A DNA stretch of 64,000 bases. Origin: Hormiphora californensis. Lineage: Eukaryota > Animalia > Ctenophora. A model generated the notes under the pieces. The model worked only from the letters and a program-made list of their open reading frames with translations. It was not told the origin of the DNA and made no database searches. Made by a program: the position numbers and the translations under genes. The DNA lies in the NCBI GenBank assembly GCA_020137815.1, contig CM035352.1, positions 7,130,001 through 7,194,000 on the forward strand, written 5' to 3'. This document shows, piece by piece, positions 52,111 through 64,000 of this stretch. The stretch's first letter is position 1; every line of letters starts with the position of its first letter.

Positions 52111-52398
52111 GTCAATAGTAACACCGTCAATAGTAACACCGCCAATAGTAACACCGCCAATAGTAACACCGTCAATAGTAACACCGTCAATAGTAACACC
52201 GTCAATAGTAACACTGTCAATAGTAACACCGTCAATAGTAACACCGCCAATAGTAACACCGTCAATAGTAACACCGTCAATATAGTAACACCGTCAATAG
52301 TAACACCGTCAATAGTAACACCGTCAATAGTAACACCGCCAATAGTAACACCGTCAATATAGTAACACCGTCAATAGTAACACCGTCAATAGTAACAC
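52111..52398. repeat. 15-bp minisatellite (~19 copies)
   Basis: Unit GTCAATAGTAACACC. Confidence 0.95.
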
Positions 52399-52435
52399 CA
52401 CCGCCTGTAACAACTTTCTCCCCAGGAGTACCGCG

Positions 52436-54387
52436 ATGAGACTGTTTATCCTGTGTATCCTACTGATTGGACTTACAGAGGGGTTGGGTGGAGGAGACGT
52501 AGGAGGAGGTCCTGCAGCCCCCGAAATGGTGGATGGAGTGGGTGGAAAGACGGGGAAATAGATGTCCGGACATCGTACGAGGATGTTCGAGGGCGACAAT
52601 GGATGTTCGAGGAACCTATAATAAGTTACCACTCTACGTGTGTTTGCAATTGGGCAGCAGGCACTGGCTACATTGCAACCATTCGATTCTGTAACAACCC
52701 TTATCCGTCTTGTGGCGGAAGTGGATGTGTTGGGTCTTCCGCTTCCACCCGGGACTGCTCCAGCAGCTGCTGTAACCCTAAACACGGAGGATGGAGTGGT
52801 TGGAGCTACACTTCTAGCTGTGTCTGTAACCATGCAACTGGAACTGGCTACCGCCCAAAGACAAGATCCTGCACCAGTCCAGCGCCCTACTGTGGGGGAG
52901 CAAGCTGCTCTGGTAGCTCAAACGTAGAGACGACTGCTCCAGCAGCTGCTGTAAAACTAGACATGGAGGGTGGAGTGGTTGGAGCTACACTTCTAGCTGT
53001 GTCTGTAACCATGCAACTGGAACTGGCTACCGCCCAAGACAAGATCCTGCACCAGTCCAGCGCCCTACTGTGGGGAGCAAGCTGCTCTGGCAGCTCAACT
53101 AGTAGAGACACTGCTCCAGCACTGCTGTAAACTAGACTGGAGGGTAGAGTGGTTGGAGCTACACTTCTAGCTGTGTCTGTAACCATGCAACTGGAACTGG
53201 CTACCGCCCAAAGACAAGATCCTGCACCAGTCCAGCGCCCTACTGTGGGGGAGCAAGCTGCTCTGGTAGCTCAACTAGTAGAGACGACTGCTCCAGCAGC
53301 TGCTGTAAAACTAGACATGGAGGGTGGAGTGGTTGGAGCTACACTTCTAGCTGTGTCTGTAACCATGCAACTGGAACTGGCTGCCGCCCAAAGACAAGAT
53401 CCTGCACCAGTCCAGCGCCCTCCTGTGGGGGAGCAAGCTGCTCTGGCAGCTCAACTAGTAGAGACGACTGCTCCAGCAGCTGCTGTAAAACTAGACATGG
53501 AGGGTGGAGTGGTTGGAGCTACACTTCTAGCTGTGTCTGTAACCATGCAACTGGAACTGGCTACCGCCCAAAGACAAGATCCTGCACAGTCCAGCGCCCT
53601 CCTGTGGGGAGCAAGCTGCTCTGCAGCTCAACTAGTAGAACGACTGCTCCACAGCTGCTGTAAAACTAGACATGGAGGGTGAGTGGTTGGAGCTACACTT
53701 CTAGCTGTGTCTGTAACCATGCAACTGGAACTGGCTACCGCCCAAAGACAAGATCCTGCACCAGTCCAGCGCCCTCCTGTGGGGAGCAAGCTGCTCTGGC
53801 AGCTCAACTAGTAGAGAGACTGCTCCAGCAGCTGCTGTAAAACTAGACATGGAGGGTGGAGTGGTTGGAGCTACACTTCTAGCTGTGTCTGTAACCATGC
53901 AACTGGAACTGGCTACCGCCCAAAGACAAGATCCTGCACCAGTCCAGCGCCCTACTGTGGGGGAGCAAGCTGTTCTGGCAGCTCAGCTGATAAAGAAGAC
54001 TGCTCCAGCAGCTGCTGTAAAACTGTCAATGGAGGTTGGAGTGGTTGGTTACCATGGGGTGACTGTTCCTGTGATTATACCACGCCCACCACGGGAACTG
54101 GAACAAGCTCCGCAACAGGACATGCACCAGCCCGAGCCCTGCCTGTGGAGGGGAGACCTGCAGTGGGGGCGAGGAATGGAGCCAGTCCTGTGATGATGAT
54201 TGTTGCAGGACCACTCATGGGGCTGGACTGAGTGGATGAGTGGGCGTGCAACTGTGATTTCGAGACGGAGGAAGGTGTGACGGAACGAGAACGGGAATGT
54301 TCTAATCCGACCCCTGTGTGTGGAGGGAAGACGTGTGAGGGAAGTGCTAGAGAATACAGTGATAGAAGCTGCCATTGTCCGTTGTAA
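52436..54387 (+). CDS. Intronless secreted thrombospondin type-1 repeat protein (~10 TSRs); apparent frameshifts probably sequencing errors
   Basis: Signal peptide MRLFILCILLIGLTEG, WRRRRRRSC, repeated HGGWSGW..CVC..RxRSCTSPAPYCGGASCSG in ~180-bp near-identical units; ends CHCPL*. Confidence 0.85.
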
Positions 54388-54968
54388 TATCTCCTGTTAT
54401 ACAAGGGGAGAAGAAGAGAGAGAGAGAGAGAGCAGACAACCCCACAACGACCTGGTACTATCAAAACATTTTGTTTCTAAAAACGAACAATTAACAGTTT
54501 TTCGTGATGAATCAAGTTGCAGTGATGCTATCCCTTCGCGGGCTTCGTTTAGCCGCGCTGCGCACGGCTAGTGTATGGGTGGCCGCGTCACTAATGAATC
54601 AAGGAGTCATGTAAAGAGTATAAGACTAGTTTACATTTATTGATTTTGAAGGGGGAGGAGGACGCTTTTTTATCTTTGAGTGTTCTCCTAAACCACAAAT
54701 AGCAGAGACTTGCCGTTTGGAACAGTGGTTCCTTACATCATTGCGCTCGGTAATAGCTGTGTGAGAACTTCGAAATCGCCATAGTTCATTAATTATTCAT
54801 TAATTAGTCATTAAATATCGAATTCTTTGTTTTCAATGTCTGAAACTAACTCTCTCCCACCACTGACCACCGCGAGAAATCCCAAACCCACTGAAAAATA
54901 AACAACACATATTTCAAATGCAGTTAAAGAGAAATAGTGGTAAATTCACTTGGAAATGTCCCTCAAAT

Positions 54969-57900
54969 TTATTCGAATTTGCTGGTAGTGACGGTGAAGA
55001 TGATATCCTTTGATCGGTTGCTCTTCTGACCGGTCCACTTATATAGCCCAGCATCCCCACTTTTTACGGGATCCAGGGCCAGGTAGTACCGTGTCATTTC
55101 CCTGTCTTCAGAACTGATCTTCACCCACTCCTCGTCCGGATTGGCCCGGTAATACCATGCAAACCTGAAGATTGGTTGGTGATGTGAGGGAAGAAAGAGG
55201 TAATCCCTCTCCCTGCGGGTCAGTAGCATTTGCCAATTGTGCATTCCCTTTGTGAGGGGAGATACTTAGAGCTACGCATTGACGAAGACTTTATAAATAG
55301 GATATGAAGATGCTGCTTGACCTACTTGTATGGTCGTGTGACGCTCTTAATCCTGAGCTCCTGCCTCTTTCCATGGACGACCTCTTTAAAGGTCGTCTTG
55401 TGGTTGTTGGCCCAGGCCCACTCTTCCACATTCTCACAGCAAGAACCCTCTGTTTTTATTGGCATCTCTGTCTTGCTACATTTCTTGCACTGCATTGTTG
55501 TGCAGGAAATCTCACCGTTAGACCGACAAATGCAGTCCTTGCAGATATTCAAGTCCTGCCATGTGTGTCCTTCCTGCAAATTGGTGGGATTTAGTATCAT
55601 GATCTGTGAATATTTGAGTAAAACGCAGCTTAGAAATAGCTGAGCATGATCAGTGATCATGCTCAGCCTTATATTTTCTATGGGTGATCATTGATCACCC
55701 ATAGAAATTATAAGGAAATATGTCAGCATCTTTGATCAATGTTGTTATCATGGGAGTATTCCGACTTTCTGTTGTACAGTGTTTGAGTGTAATGACACTT
55801 ACGTCTACGAATGTTCGTTGACTTGGCAACTGCACTCTTCAGCCGTGACACATGTTCCATTTTGCAGGAACATGTCCTGGGGACAGAAGCAGCCTTCATT
55901 GCACCCATCTTTATCGCACGTAGCCGGGTTCTTGTCTGCACAGGTCGGGAGGGCAGTAACTTCCGCACTGTTCGTATTGGTACGGTTCATTGCACTCCAT
56001 CGCTGTAATGGTGCATGTTATTTAGTTGGGGAAATGACAGATATTTCAATATGAATTACTATACTAGTACAATTATTGTCAGCGTGATGACTGGTCACTC
56101 TCTGAGCGAATCATGCGAGAGAGGGTCAGTGCGGTGACTGACCGAATACTTGTGAAATGCTTACGATAGTAATTGAATTGGTCATGAATTGAATCACTCA
56201 CGGCAGAAATCAGCGGCCTGTCTCCACCCCTCCAGACCCACTGCTCCTTTGTCAACGCACTGCTTCACATACTGCTTGATGTCAGTACAGGCACAGTCGG
56301 CGTCGTAGCAGGCACACACGTCATACTTGCAGTTCTCCTTGGCTACCTCCACATCAACAAGTCCATGACAGACCGCGAAGGGGGAAGCTGGGGGGAGATA
56401 GATATTATGTTGGGCGATTCTGGGCATTAAAACAAACTATGTAGTTTGGTGAAGTTGTAGTTCAACTGTTCAAACCCTGTTTATGTTTTATAATTGGGGG
56501 CTTTGCAATATACTCACAATCAAGAAGATCGCATGCCTGGTCGGCCACATCATGGACCCAGTCTGGTGTTCCAAAGACAGTGCAGGGGTGCTCCGGTTGT
56601 GGCTCCAGTTCACACTCCTCATCTAATGGGGGAATTAATTAGCTGATATTAACTTGGATGATGAAACTTAATAAAATCTACGTATATTGTAACGTTTGCG
56701 TTCCACTTCCATATATCACAGAGGGTCGCGACATGCCTATTGCCCAATTATTTACCTCCATACTTCCACGACCATCCAAAGTCAGTCAGATCATTGGTCA
56801 CCTCCCCCTCTCTAGTCGTCATGTCGTTAGTCTTGTCCCCATCGAACATGCCACAGAGACCCCCGGTAGCACCGTAGTACTGGCCATGGACGGTGCAGTA
56901 GACCGTGCTGTTCCCATCCCAGGTCAGATCCAATGCCAGGTTGTCAACCGGTTCTGTGATTTTAACTACCACCTGGGGTTAACAATCAGGTTGTTACCAT
57001 TAATACAGTTTCTAATCAGGTCGTTACCATTATTACAGTTTCTAATCAGGTTGTTACCATTATTACAGTTTTTAATCAGTTCGTCACAGTTTTTAAACCA
57101 TGTCGATTAATAATTTTATCAACATTCACTCATCTTAGTTAGTAAAATACTCACACTCTCCGCGGCGCTGGTTACTGCAACGAAAGACTGGGACACCCTG
57201 TAATACTTGTTGTATGGCAGGAAGACCTCTTCGTCATTCACGTGTACTGTACCAGTCGTATCCAGCTTTATACTGGACCCTAGATAGTAACAATTAGTGT
57301 TAGTAACAATTAGTAACATAAGTGTTAGTAACACACGTGTCATGCAGTAGTGTTACACAGTCGGACCCCGAGTTACCCAGATCTTGCTTGGGCCGGGGAA
57401 ATGATTTTGCCCGGGAAATCGGGGGTCCAACTAGGTGCAACCATTTAAAACACGCTAGTCTGACAGTCGTGCTCTGGAAACGTGTAATGTTGACGTACCA
57501 AGATAAATGATTTCAATGGAGTCCGTCCAAGACACAGTCACATTATTCTCATTGCTCCTATGGGAGTTGGTAACGACCACCTCAAAGTCAGCTGTTTTTG
57601 CCATTGTGAAGCGGCATTTCCCACCCTGGAAATCGTGGTGGGTTCCATCGAAGGTAGTGTAATGAGGGTCACCAGTAACAATACAGGTAGCCGGCTCTGT
57701 AGGGGGATGGAAACATAAGTTAGGTTGGGTTTGAAAATACCAAATCTGTGAGGAATACGAGCCAATGTCTGACAGGTGATTGAGATCACGTTCCATATAA
57801 TATTTACACTAGCTGAGAAAGCTGACATCATGTTCTATAATTACTCACGGGCAGCACAGTTGAGGTGGCAGGTTTCATTGTAATATTCGACCTGGTCAGT

Positions 57901-60900
57901 TGTACAGGTGCTGTTTTGTGGGATACACTCACACACGGGGTCCCCTCCAAGATGGGTACAGGTACACTTCATGAACTCGCTCTTATACCACGTGGAACCT
58001 TCCTACAGGGGAGGGGGTGATTAGTGGGTGATTAGTAGGGGGTAATTAGTAACATAAGTATTGGCAAGGGGATGCTATAATTAGTCGGATAGTGAGGATA
58101 CAGTACCACGTCCCTATAATACTTGGTTACGAAGTCACCCCTATTATGTATTGCATGTAGGCTAGCGCAGAGGGGGAATTTCATTACCAACTATAATACA
58201 CAGTATACGTACCACAGTTTCGTTTCCATCCTCATCCTCACAGACAGCCATGACAATGAGGTCGATCTGAACACATTCCCGGCTGGAGCCAACATCAACA
58301 CACACCTCATACCGTCCCTCATCAGCCTCTTCAGCATCACATATCTGTAGGCAAAGTTAGAAATATCAGGCCAATACTCTCGAAATGAGAATAGGGTCAG
58401 GCCAATGCTCTGGCAGAATTATGACACATTGGTTCATCCGGCGTAATTAAGAATTGTACATACTTTGAGTGTTTTGCCGTGGTTTTTCTTGCTGTATTTC
58501 TCCAGACTAAAGTCGATCTCTTTCTCCCCTGGCAACTTGTACCAGCTGAAGTCGCTAGCATCAAGGTGGTAGGTGGAGTCCACAACCTTAACCTGCACAA
58601 AGGCATTTTAGCATGTTTCCAAACTGGACAATGATTATATTCAACTAGTAAAATGCAATGTTCCTACTATCAGTTTGTTATGAAATAATAGCACAAATAT
58701 AAGTGTTTACCTTGAGCTCCTTGCAGTCGCCTTCCAGTACACGCAGTGGTGAATCACCATCAATATCGATAATATCAATGGGTGTCACAGGGTTGACCAC
58801 AAGGTTAAAGGAACATGTTCCAACCGCACCATTGTATGTCACCTCAGCTGTGTATTTTCCACCATCCGCTAAGTTGGTTGGCTGCAATGTAATGTGTTTT
58901 ATGAAGGAGTACTCAACAATTAGTTTTATGAAGGAGTAATTAGGTCACAGAAATAAACTCACGTTGACTGTAAGTATGAGTTTTCCATCGTTCAATTTGA
59001 AGTTCTCAGATATTGAGTCGGAGTCAATGATCTCTCCCCTTCCATCTCTCCAGGTGATCTAAAAACAGAATAATGTAGAGTAGTGATACTGCAATGAAGT
59101 TGGGTACGGATAGATCTAACTTACATCGTCAGGTCCGACCATGATATCATCATGTAATATCTGGCAATCCAAGACAGCAGGTCCAGTTCCCTCGTCAATG
59201 ACAATGGTATCGTTCTTCTCATCGATCCAGTCAGGAATACAATAGGGACAACATATCCCACTCTTGTAGACAGTGGCCCATCCCGCGGGACAGTCCGCAC
59301 AGGAGGTAGGGTTACAATCCACATACCCTCCACTCATGCAGGTACAGGTCTCACACTTGACACTGTCGTTCCAGGACTGTCCCTCTTCGATAATCTGACC
59401 GTCCCACATGCACTGACAATCAATCGCCTCGATACACTTTCCTCCCTGCAGTACAGTACCTGTAGAAATGAATTTAGGACTTGGTACCAATGGTGCAGTT
59501 GATAGCAGGACTGACTCGATACGTGCTTACTTAGACTACGAATTAAAAAGTCTAAACACACGTACCTTCTGGGCAATAGCAGCCTTCAACACAGATGTCC
59601 AAGCAGTCACTGGGATTAGGATCGGAACAAGTCGGCTGGCATCCCTGACCACAGTCCATGTACACAAAGGTGTCCTCGCAACTCTCAGGGCAGAAGTTAC
59701 TTGACCTCCAACCTGTAGAATGGTTGTTTTAGTTGCAGTTGTATGCAACAGTAACTTATCGCTAACTGAAAACTTAACAATCAATTTACGAATCGATAGT
59801 AAAGTGTACATAAGTGCTGATCAATTAGTTAATTATAGTTTACCATTGACGGGGTATCCTGCGTCTTCGCACGCCTTAGCGTAGGCCTCAGCATCGGCAC
59901 ACACGTTTTCATCATTGTCGGGAAGAGTACACAAATCGTATTTACAATCCTGTAATCATAAATAAATCAGATGTTAATTCTCAGTGCTAATGCTATCACT
60001 CAGTGACCCAATATGAGCTTCACCAGACATGTTATCCCTTTGAAAATTCCTCTCCTTACCTCAAAGTACTCAGTGACATCAAGGGGACAAGATCTGAAGG
60101 GTTCCTGTTTGTACCTGCTGCATACACTCTCCACCCAGTGTTTCTCCTCCATTGAGATCTTCTCACAGGGATCTTTCTCATCATCAACCGCTGGACACCT
60201 GCCATGATGACAATGTAGAGTTAGGATTTTGACACTGAACAGCTGTAGTTGATTGTCACGTAGCTAAACACTAAAAACTGTAAACAATAGAAGGGAGGGA
60301 TGGTTGGGGGAGGATTGGGCACCGGGCGCTTTCCAACTCCTACCCGTCATCGTTGTCAACTCTCCAGGATTCTCCCATTGCAATGGCACTGCTCACTGGG
60401 TTGCCGTTCTTGTCATGCCACTCATTGTTCTTCCCATCCCACCGACCACAGATGCACTGGGTGTGCTCGTAGTAGTATCCGTGGATCTGGAGAGAAGTAT
60501 GTTACCATGGTTACTTACTAAAGGCTACAGATCTCGGGATCTCTAGCGTGGAAAACATTTAACGAATAAGGATCTTCGGGGTTTTCAGAGGTTTAAAATA
60601 ATCCAACCCTAATCTCAGAATTTTATGCTCACCCATGCTCGGAAGTTGTTGTAGGAAGATGAGATCTGAAGGACCTTAGTATTCAGCATATAAATCTCAC
60701 AAACATAACCAGTTTGACAGTAAATCCAGTTCTCGGTTGTGGCCATCTTCTTGTAGGGAGTAGAGAGGCTGTGGGACTCCCCGGTACGCATGTCCTTTCG
60801 GGTCAGAACCCCACTTCGGAGCTCGTACTCGAAGCCATCAAACTCAATCAACGCGTATCTGATCAATAATATGACTATAGTTTTATGTACTGACAGTGAT

Positions 60901-63750
60901 AGTCCACTAATTTCATATTTCCGCTTCACCTGACTGAACTTGAAAAATAAAGATTCGTCTTGGTAAGCCTGTCAAAACGTTTTCAACTAGATCACTAAGG
61001 AGGAACGGTTGGGGTGAATCCTAGGTATACGGCCCTTCCAAACATACACCAATGTCAGTCCCTCCTGGATTGGGAGTTGTCAATTACCTATATGGGTTTC
61101 GTTTGCACAGGGCAAACTGTATTCTCACCTGAACAGAGATGACAATGTAAGGCACCAAGTGTACAGTCTCTGCATTAGAGGGGATGCTTAATAAGTACCT
61201 ATGTATCTGTAATGTACGATGATCTAGTTCGAAAGTTTGTTGGTGATGGTGGAAATGGAAAGGAGTGGATCAAGAGGCAAGTCAGCGGGTTAAGGTGTCA
61301 AAATAATCCAACCTCTCAGAATTCTACTATGTCACCCATGCTCGGAAGTTGTTTTAGGATGAATCTGGAGGACTTTAGTATCAGCATGTTAGACTCACAT
61401 ACATGACCAGTCGGAGCTCGTACTCAAAGCCATCAAACTCAATCAACGCGTATCTGATCAATAATATGACTGTAGTTTTATGGGGAGTACTGACAGTGAC
61501 AGTCCACTAATTTCAGTGAGTTCTCGGTTTTTCAACTCATGACCTTCAAACATTGAACAATTATAAAACTGATCGTCCCTCGGTTTTTACAGCAGCAAAA
61601 AACGCATTTCAGCCGTGTCATAACTTACTCGTGCTAAAGCAAAGTACCATGTGACAATAAAACAACATCAGCTACTCACTATCTGGCGCCGCCGACCCCA
61701 TCTGAGCGCACTGTCCAATTGGGGTATGGCACCGCCAGACAGGCTACTCATATTTTAACTTACTCATGGACGGACCAGGTGGCACTGGTTCCCTTCAGTT
61801 TGGAGTTAACCTGGAAGTCCTCCGTCTTGATGACACAATAGGTGCACACTCCCTGATAGTTGTACCCAGTACCGTCAAAGGAGACGAAATGAGGATCTCC
61901 AGCCGCTGTACATGTGGCACTTGCTGAAAAATAGAGAGGGGTTAGTGACACTTGCTGAAAGAGAGGGGAGAGGGGTTAGTGGCAGGTCAGTGGATGGGGA
62001 CCCGATCTGAGCGCACTGTTATGAATCAAAATTCTAGCGCCAGTGGATGGATGTCATGGGATTGGATTGGACTGAGCGTGGTTGGCATTTTGCCAGCGCA
62101 GTGTGGGCTGGCGGTTTACTATCGGATGGTATAGTATGGGAGCTATGAACACTAGGGATCGTGACGTATTCATGACGTCACAATGACGTCACAATGTGTC
62201 TATATTACTCACGTGGAACACATCGGGCACAGCAGTCAGGTCCAGTAGTGGGTATCTTGCCACTCTCGGTACAGCTAATTCCCTGATCCTCGACACTCTT
62301 ACATCCACACTTGATCTGCCCATATGTAGCACAGGTACACTCCTCACAAGCCCCAATACCCGACATTTCGGTAAACGCTTGCCCGGGTTTGGTGATGGAG
62401 ACTTGTCCATCTTTTCCACGGGATCGGCAGTTGATCTCTAAAGAATAGATGAGTTGTTGCAGTTAGATCTTAAGGTTATTTAAAAAAAGAGAAGGTCAGC
62501 GCCAGGCCAAAAAAGGGAGCTACTCGGCAGTTGATCTCTGGGATTTTACCATTTAGTGTTCTGCTTGTACAACAGGGAAGTGGGTAGAGAGTCTAGACCT
62601 TCACTCTTCAGGTCAACTAAAAAAAGAGATGCAAGGTAACAAGCCCCTTGGCCTTGGTAACGAAATGACCCCTCTGACTGAAAAGTGTTGAGAAATTTCG
62701 TTACAAAATTGAATACCTTGGCAGACTCTAAGGTTCTCCACCAGCATCTTTGCGGGCATGTTGTTCCTCATTGTGGTAGCTACCCTATTGACGGATGGGT
62801 AGACTGGGGTAAAGGTGTGTACAACTGCTCCATCCACGTAGATCGTGCCAACCTGTGAAAAATACATGCACGTGGTGAAAAGGGTCTACAATCTGCATAG
62901 CATAGGCAGCTGTAAAGTTTGTAAAACAACTTTAAAAGCACCGCCCCTACAATAACAGACACCACCCCTATTATAATAACAGGGACTTCACCCCTAATAA
63001 TAGGGCAGTTTGGATTAGGTATGATCCTCATACGTACCTTGTCCTGCATTTTGACAGCGATGTTATAGCTGTTCTGGACGGGTTCAACACAACCTCCAAA
63101 GTCTCGTCCGAAGAAGACTCCCTCCTCAACGTAACCCAGTTCCCAACAAAACTCATCGTCCTCGGTCATAGGCCTGTAATATATGGGACATGTTACCATG
63201 GTAATATGGATCATTGACACAAGTTACCTAGTTACCATGGTAACTGGTACATACCAGCCTGTGAAATGTGACTCTGACGTACCTGACGTAAGCGATGTCG
63301 TAGTTTTTATTATCAATCATGTTGAAAGCAATTCCATTGTAGGCGTTGGATGCGGAGTATTTTCCCAGGGATATCTGTTTCAGGTCAGCGGATACCAAGT
63401 AGTTTTTCGCTCGACTAAACTGACCTGGATAACGAAATGGCTTTTTAGCTGAAATGTACCTTCCAGCTCGTTTTGAGCGATATATGCCCTCAAATCTGAT
63501 GTTTAGGGTTTTAAACAGCTGGTTTGTCTGATATTTTTTACCTTGTTTAGTTCGTCCCACTACCGACCCCACTCTGACTTACCTTGTTTAGCCCGCCCGT
63601 AGACAGGACCAGAGCTACAGAAGTCCATATTCTCAATGTGAGGGGTGGCAACTTGAATTGTACCTCCCAACTCCTCATCTTCGTACACGTGGCTACACCC
63701 GCCCGAGTTAATATTCTGGAAATCAGTGAAACAGGAATACGTGTCTCCAA
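54969..63750 (-). CDS. Large secreted VWD-C8-TIL-VWC protein with Ig-like domains (mucin/zonadhesin/SCO-spondin-like); 5' end beyond the window
   Basis: CTAAGDPHFVSFDG and CIVTGDPHYTTFDG, GLCG, C8 (CKYDVCAC), TIL (CNEGCFCP), VWC (CKDCIC..C..GSCC), Ig-like exons (DGGKYT, DAGLYK); >20 GT-AG exons; stop at 54969. Confidence 0.88.
61290..61515 (-). pseudogene. Internally deleted duplicate of the VWD exon at ~60590-60915
   Basis: AAAATAATCCAACC..CTCAGAATT..CACCCATGCTCGGAAGTTGTT..CGGAGCTCGTACTC.AAGCCATCAAACTCAATCAACGCGTATCTGATCAATAATATGACT shared; ~100 bp missing from the middle. Confidence 0.8.
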
Positions 63751-64000
63751 CTGAGAGGGGACGATGAGGGGGATTATTATTTACTGTAGCTCATAAAGCT
63801 TTCCTGCCCTTGGCCTTAGGTTTATTACTCCTGAGTCCTGACGTAAAATCCGCACAAAACAACCGACAACATATTAAAATTAACAGGTAATCTATTAGTA
63901 GTTCAACACATACCTATTGGAGAATCATTGGCAGAGACTGCCCCAGCTAAAAGTGCTAACAACAAAACGAACTTCATCTTCGAAGAAGTGACACGATTAG

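Noticed and set aside
52012-52362. NSNTV / IVTPS repeat ORFs
   Set aside because: Translation of the 15-bp minisatellite
52640-54193. AAAV/MEGGVVGATLL repeat proteins and programmed frameshifting
   Set aside because: Off-frame readings of the TSR repeats; the indels vary between copies as sequencing errors do

Overview
Eukaryotic (invertebrate animal) genomic DNA with short GT-AG introns, many (CT/GA)n microsatellites and long-read-type indel errors. A ctenophore-like origin is my inference only. Genes read by eye, left to right: 3' half of a rhodopsin-type GPCR (+); a CD20/MS4A-like 4-TM gene (-); an 81-aa signal-peptide/TM microprotein (-); a DUF4140/DUF4139 (F37C4.5-like) gene (-) with a 5'-truncated LINE in one intron; an intact CRE-type non-LTR retrotransposon (PHD-RT-restriction-like endonuclease); MRM3/TrmH methyltransferase (+); CUEDC1-like (+); an M13/neprilysin peptidase (-); PCNP (-); an internal fragment of an ANO8-like anoctamin (-); an intronless thrombospondin-repeat protein (+); and the 3' part of a large VWD-C8-TIL-VWC-Ig secreted protein (-). 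The most striking feature is the architecture. The neprilysin gene is nested in a CUEDC1 intron, putative CUEDC1 3' exons are interleaved with PCNP, and the anoctamin exons have no visible 5' or 3' end in the window. Almost every gene start sits a few nt behind an unpaired splice acceptor, as expected for SL trans-splicing and operons. About 14 RFX X-box palindromes cluster in short introns. Roughly a dozen fold-back/MITE insertions with 2-, 8- and 9-bp TSDs occur, including AT-TSD elements inside anoctamin exons. Exon coordinates are manual and may be off by a few nt.
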